From the NCBI GenBank assembly GCA_918797485.1, contig CAKKNE010000001.1, positions 4,030,001 to 4,094,000 on the forward strand: a stretch of DNA of 64,000 nucleotides. Direction: 5' to 3'. Below are positions 61,436 to 64,000 of this stretch, piece by piece. The stretch is from Pelagomonas calceolata (Eukaryota). Below the pieces are notes generated by a model. The model did no database searches, was not told the DNA's origin, and worked only from the letters and a program-made list of their open reading frames with translations. A program made the position numbers and the translations under genes. Each line of letters begins with the position of its first letter. The stretch's first letter is position 1.

Positions 61436-62314
61436 TTAATTAGGGTGACCGCGATTGTACCACGCCCTATCCGGAAACGAGTCGTCCTCGAGGCACGTGC
61501 CCGTCAGCTTCCGCAGCTGAATATTCTCGATGCAGTCCCGCCGCTCCGGCGGCAGCTGGAACATGCGCCGCATATCCTTCACCATCGTCCCCGCTCCGAG
61601 GTTATCATGCACGTCGTCCCATGCACTGAAGCATGGGGCATAACTGTCAGGTATGAGGTCCAAAATATCGTGGGACGCGAAGTCGGCCAGGGGGCCCGAG
61701 CCGAGACACTCGTCGAAGAGCGCCCAGTTTTTCACGTGAATGGCGGTGTCGAAGCGGAGCATGACCAGTAGTTTGGGCGGCGTCGCCTCGACGATTGGTC
61801 GCACGCGGCCCAGGAGCTCGTCGATGACCTTGGACTGGGTCATCAGGCCGGGCCGGTCCGCCTGCAGCTCGGCGAGGTGGTTCGACGGCATGCGTAGGCT
61901 GGCCATGGCGTCGCGTTTGTGCTGGGAGTAGGACTTGGCCGAGTGCGGCAGGACATTCCAGTCTGCTTCCCTCTGAAGCCAGGGCGCGTACCACCGCCGC
62001 AAGTCCTCGGTGTAGTTCTGACCGCGACTGCACGAGTATGTTGTTGCTAGGAGACGAGTCGTGCCGAAGCCGCGCGCCGCGAGTTGTTCGATAAATGCCT
62101 TGTGCGACGCGAAGACTTCGCGCTGCCGCGCGTACGAACTTGGGCAGCACGTGTGAATCGTCGCTTGACCGGCGCCGTTGCGGAAGCTCTCGCCGCGCAG
62201 CGCGAGGATGACATTGGCCCGCTGCGGGCGGCGCGCTTGCATTTCTTTGCAGTAGTCGGAGACGTTCTGGCTGACGCCATCGACGAGGGGCAGCAGCAAC
62301 CACAGGGGCAGCAT
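61436..62314 (-). CDS. Secreted hypothetical protein, possibly glycosyltransferase-like
   Basis: Signal peptide, LALRGESFR, MLRFD. Confidence 0.6.
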   Translation of the reverse strand: MLPLWLLLPLVDGVSQNVSDYCKEMQARRPQRANVILALRGESFRNGAGQATIHTCCPSSYARQREVFASHKAFIEQLAARGFGTTRLLATTYSCSRGQNYTEDLRRWYAPWLQREADWNVLPHSAKSYSQHKRDAMASLRMPSNHLAELQADRPGLMTQSKVIDELLGRVRPIVEATPPKLLVMLRFDTAIHVKNWALFDECLGSGPLADFASHDILDLIPDSYAPCFSAWDDVHDNLGAGTMVKDMRRMFQLPPERRDCIENIQLRKLTGTCLEDDSFPDRAWYNRGHPN

Positions 62315-62650
62315 CACTGTCCGAGGAACCAGAAAGGTAATAAAACAACCACCAAAATTAGCAGGTCAGCAAGCGTTTCGCACCAGTGGCGCCGAACCTT
62401 GGGCAGCTCGTTCATCACTGCCCACCAATTGTCCACCAGCAATACAGCACGCCTACCACAACCAGAGCCAACAGGCCTGCCCCGTCGACGCGGCTCCAGC
62501 GGCGTCGGACGTTGGGCAGCTTGATGCGTAGCAGCTTATCTTGCCGTGAGGGCATCGGATCGCGCGTTATGGCAGAAATAATTTCACACCCCGATCACCC
62601 CGCACGAGACGCCATCGACGCACCCCCTACAGATAAGAAATCACACACTA

Positions 62651-63883
62651 CTACGTTAGGAAATTCGAGCCCAAGAGGGCTCGCGCCGTCAGCAGCCCCG
62701 GCGTCGCCCGCCTTCTATCGTTCGCGCCGAGCGCCGTGCCGAGAAACGCCCAACCATCGGAAGTGTCCAGTAATCGGACGACGCCGTCCCAGGCCTCCTC
62801 GTTCGCGCAGTAGTCTCTCAGTTTCAAAATGTCGCAGTCGAAGATGTCGTCGTACAAGCGTTTTAAGGAGTCGCCGTCGCTGACGGGTGGTAATGGGCCG
62901 GCATAATCCTCAGGATACAGCGCGGGCGACAGCAACAGCTCCAACAGCACGTAGCCCAGCGAATTGAGGTCGTCGTTCATGTTCGCCACGCTTGCCGAAT
63001 CCGAGAAGCCGAGGAACTGGAGCCTCACGCGCGATAACGGCGCGTTCTTCGGGACGACGTTTTTGTCCATGCCACTCGAGTCGAGCACGAAGGCCGCGCC
63101 CGACAGGCCCCGGTGGGCGACGCCGGCTTCATGCAAATCCGCGACGCACGCGACGGCGTTCTTTATCGCTCTGAGTACGAACTTTTCCCTTTGGGGATAG
63201 GTCCACCGTTCTCCAACAGCTCTTGAACCAAAGATGCCCCCACCAAAGGGCCTCGGCGGCTCCGCATAAAAGGGGTTCTGCGGGCCCGGTGGTGATGTTA
63301 ATGACGCGAAGGTGCAGGTGCCCGCCCACTCGTAGACCAACCACCTACTATCGGGTTGCGGCGGCTCGCACCGGAGGTTCGCCACCCAGGCCTCGATGAA
63401 TGAATCGTCCAGGACCGCATCCGACGAGAAGAAGCCGTCCTCCGAGTCGTCGAGTGTGCCCAGCAGCTGGCAGACGCTTTTTTTTGGTAAATCGCGGTCG
63501 CGGAACGCGTCGAGCTCCTGGCGCGCCACTTTCGACGCTTTCAACGAGTACTCGCGCACGCAGCACCTTAAATCTTCCCCTCGCGCCCGCGCCGTCGGGT
63601 CCTCCCGCGTCGCGAGGAAGAGTCTTAGTGGTGCACTACCAACTCCGGCGTCGGATTTTGTTCGAGCTGGCTGCGCCGGATCTAATGGATTCACGCCCTC
63701 TCCCGAATATTCCCAGTCCGTGACCTCCGTCACGGAGACCTGGCCCAGGAAGCGTTCGAGCGTGAGGTCCTGGGCGCGAAATTCTCGCATCGCTGCGAGG
63801 CGCGTCGTACGTCGTCGAGCGGTGGTCGGCGCGAGGTAGGCCGTCGCGGCGGCCACGCATAGTGATAGGCAGAGTGGCTGCAT
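62651..63883 (-). CDS. Putative plastid-targeted kinase-like (pseudokinase) protein
   Basis: AATA-YLAP presequence; WLVYEW, LHEAGVAHRGL (no HRD Asp), FLGFS in place of DFG. Confidence 0.65.
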   Translation of the reverse strand: MQPLCLSLCVAAATAYLAPTTARRRTTRLAAMREFRAQDLTLERFLGQVSVTEVTDWEYSGEGVNPLDPAQPARTKSDAGVGSAPLRLFLATREDPTARARGEDLRCCVREYSLKASKVARQELDAFRDRDLPKKSVCQLLGTLDDSEDGFFSSDAVLDDSFIEAWVANLRCEPPQPDSRWLVYEWAGTCTFASLTSPPGPQNPFYAEPPRPFGGGIFGSRAVGERWTYPQREKFVLRAIKNAVACVADLHEAGVAHRGLSGAAFVLDSSGMDKNVVPKNAPLSRVRLQFLGFSDSASVANMNDDLNSLGYVLLELLLSPALYPEDYAGPLPPVSDGDSLKRLYDDIFDCDILKLRDYCANEEAWDGVVRLLDTSDGWAFLGTALGANDRRRATPGLLTARALLGSNFLT

Positions 63884-64000
63884 TGTGCTGGGCCGCTTGC
63901 AAGTACTGCAGCGATGCGAATTCGTGCTTAGCGGTGCCCTGCACTTGTCGCAGAGCCCAAACCTAACCGCGAACGAGTTCTGTCTGTCCAACTTGGCTGC

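Noticed and set aside
1..64000. tRNA/rRNA genes or an autonomous transposase
   Set aside because: None recognisable by eye; a covariance-model or HMM scan would be needed to exclude them.

Overview
Gene-dense, GC-rich eukaryotic nuclear DNA, most likely from a pelagophyte alga (Pelagomonas/Aureococcus-like). This assignment is inferred from heterokont-type bipartite plastid presequences (ALAFAP, AAAFTAP, TQAFVP, ATAFVVP), tiny intergenic spacers and the intron type. About 40 protein-coding genes are present, including PP2A B'', CPOX-like, MLO-EF-hand, PTOX, uS15, PIMT, FAD4/TMEM189, kinesin-14, SPT4, UDP-galactopyranose mutase and GPAA1. The dominant hidden structure is a family of intron-generating non-autonomous DNA transposons (introners). 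There are 11 copies with ~15-bp terminal inverted repeats (CTGTGTGGAAATCAA...TTGATTTCCACACAG) and 8-bp target-site duplications, plus 3 probable decayed copies. All lie inside coding sequence and occur in both orientations. Each can be spliced out precisely using the TIR's AG as acceptor and the GT or GC at the start of the TSD as donor; in all 11 cases removal leaves an intact reading frame. A second, unexplained signal is a 22-25 bp motif, CTAGTRY(N)xCGCTAGCT, found at least 12 times, always outside CDS and almost always in 5' flanks. Other observations are tandem duplications that copy both stop codons at two convergent-gene junctions and several unusual domain fusions. All protein family calls come from motif recognition by eye, not database searches.
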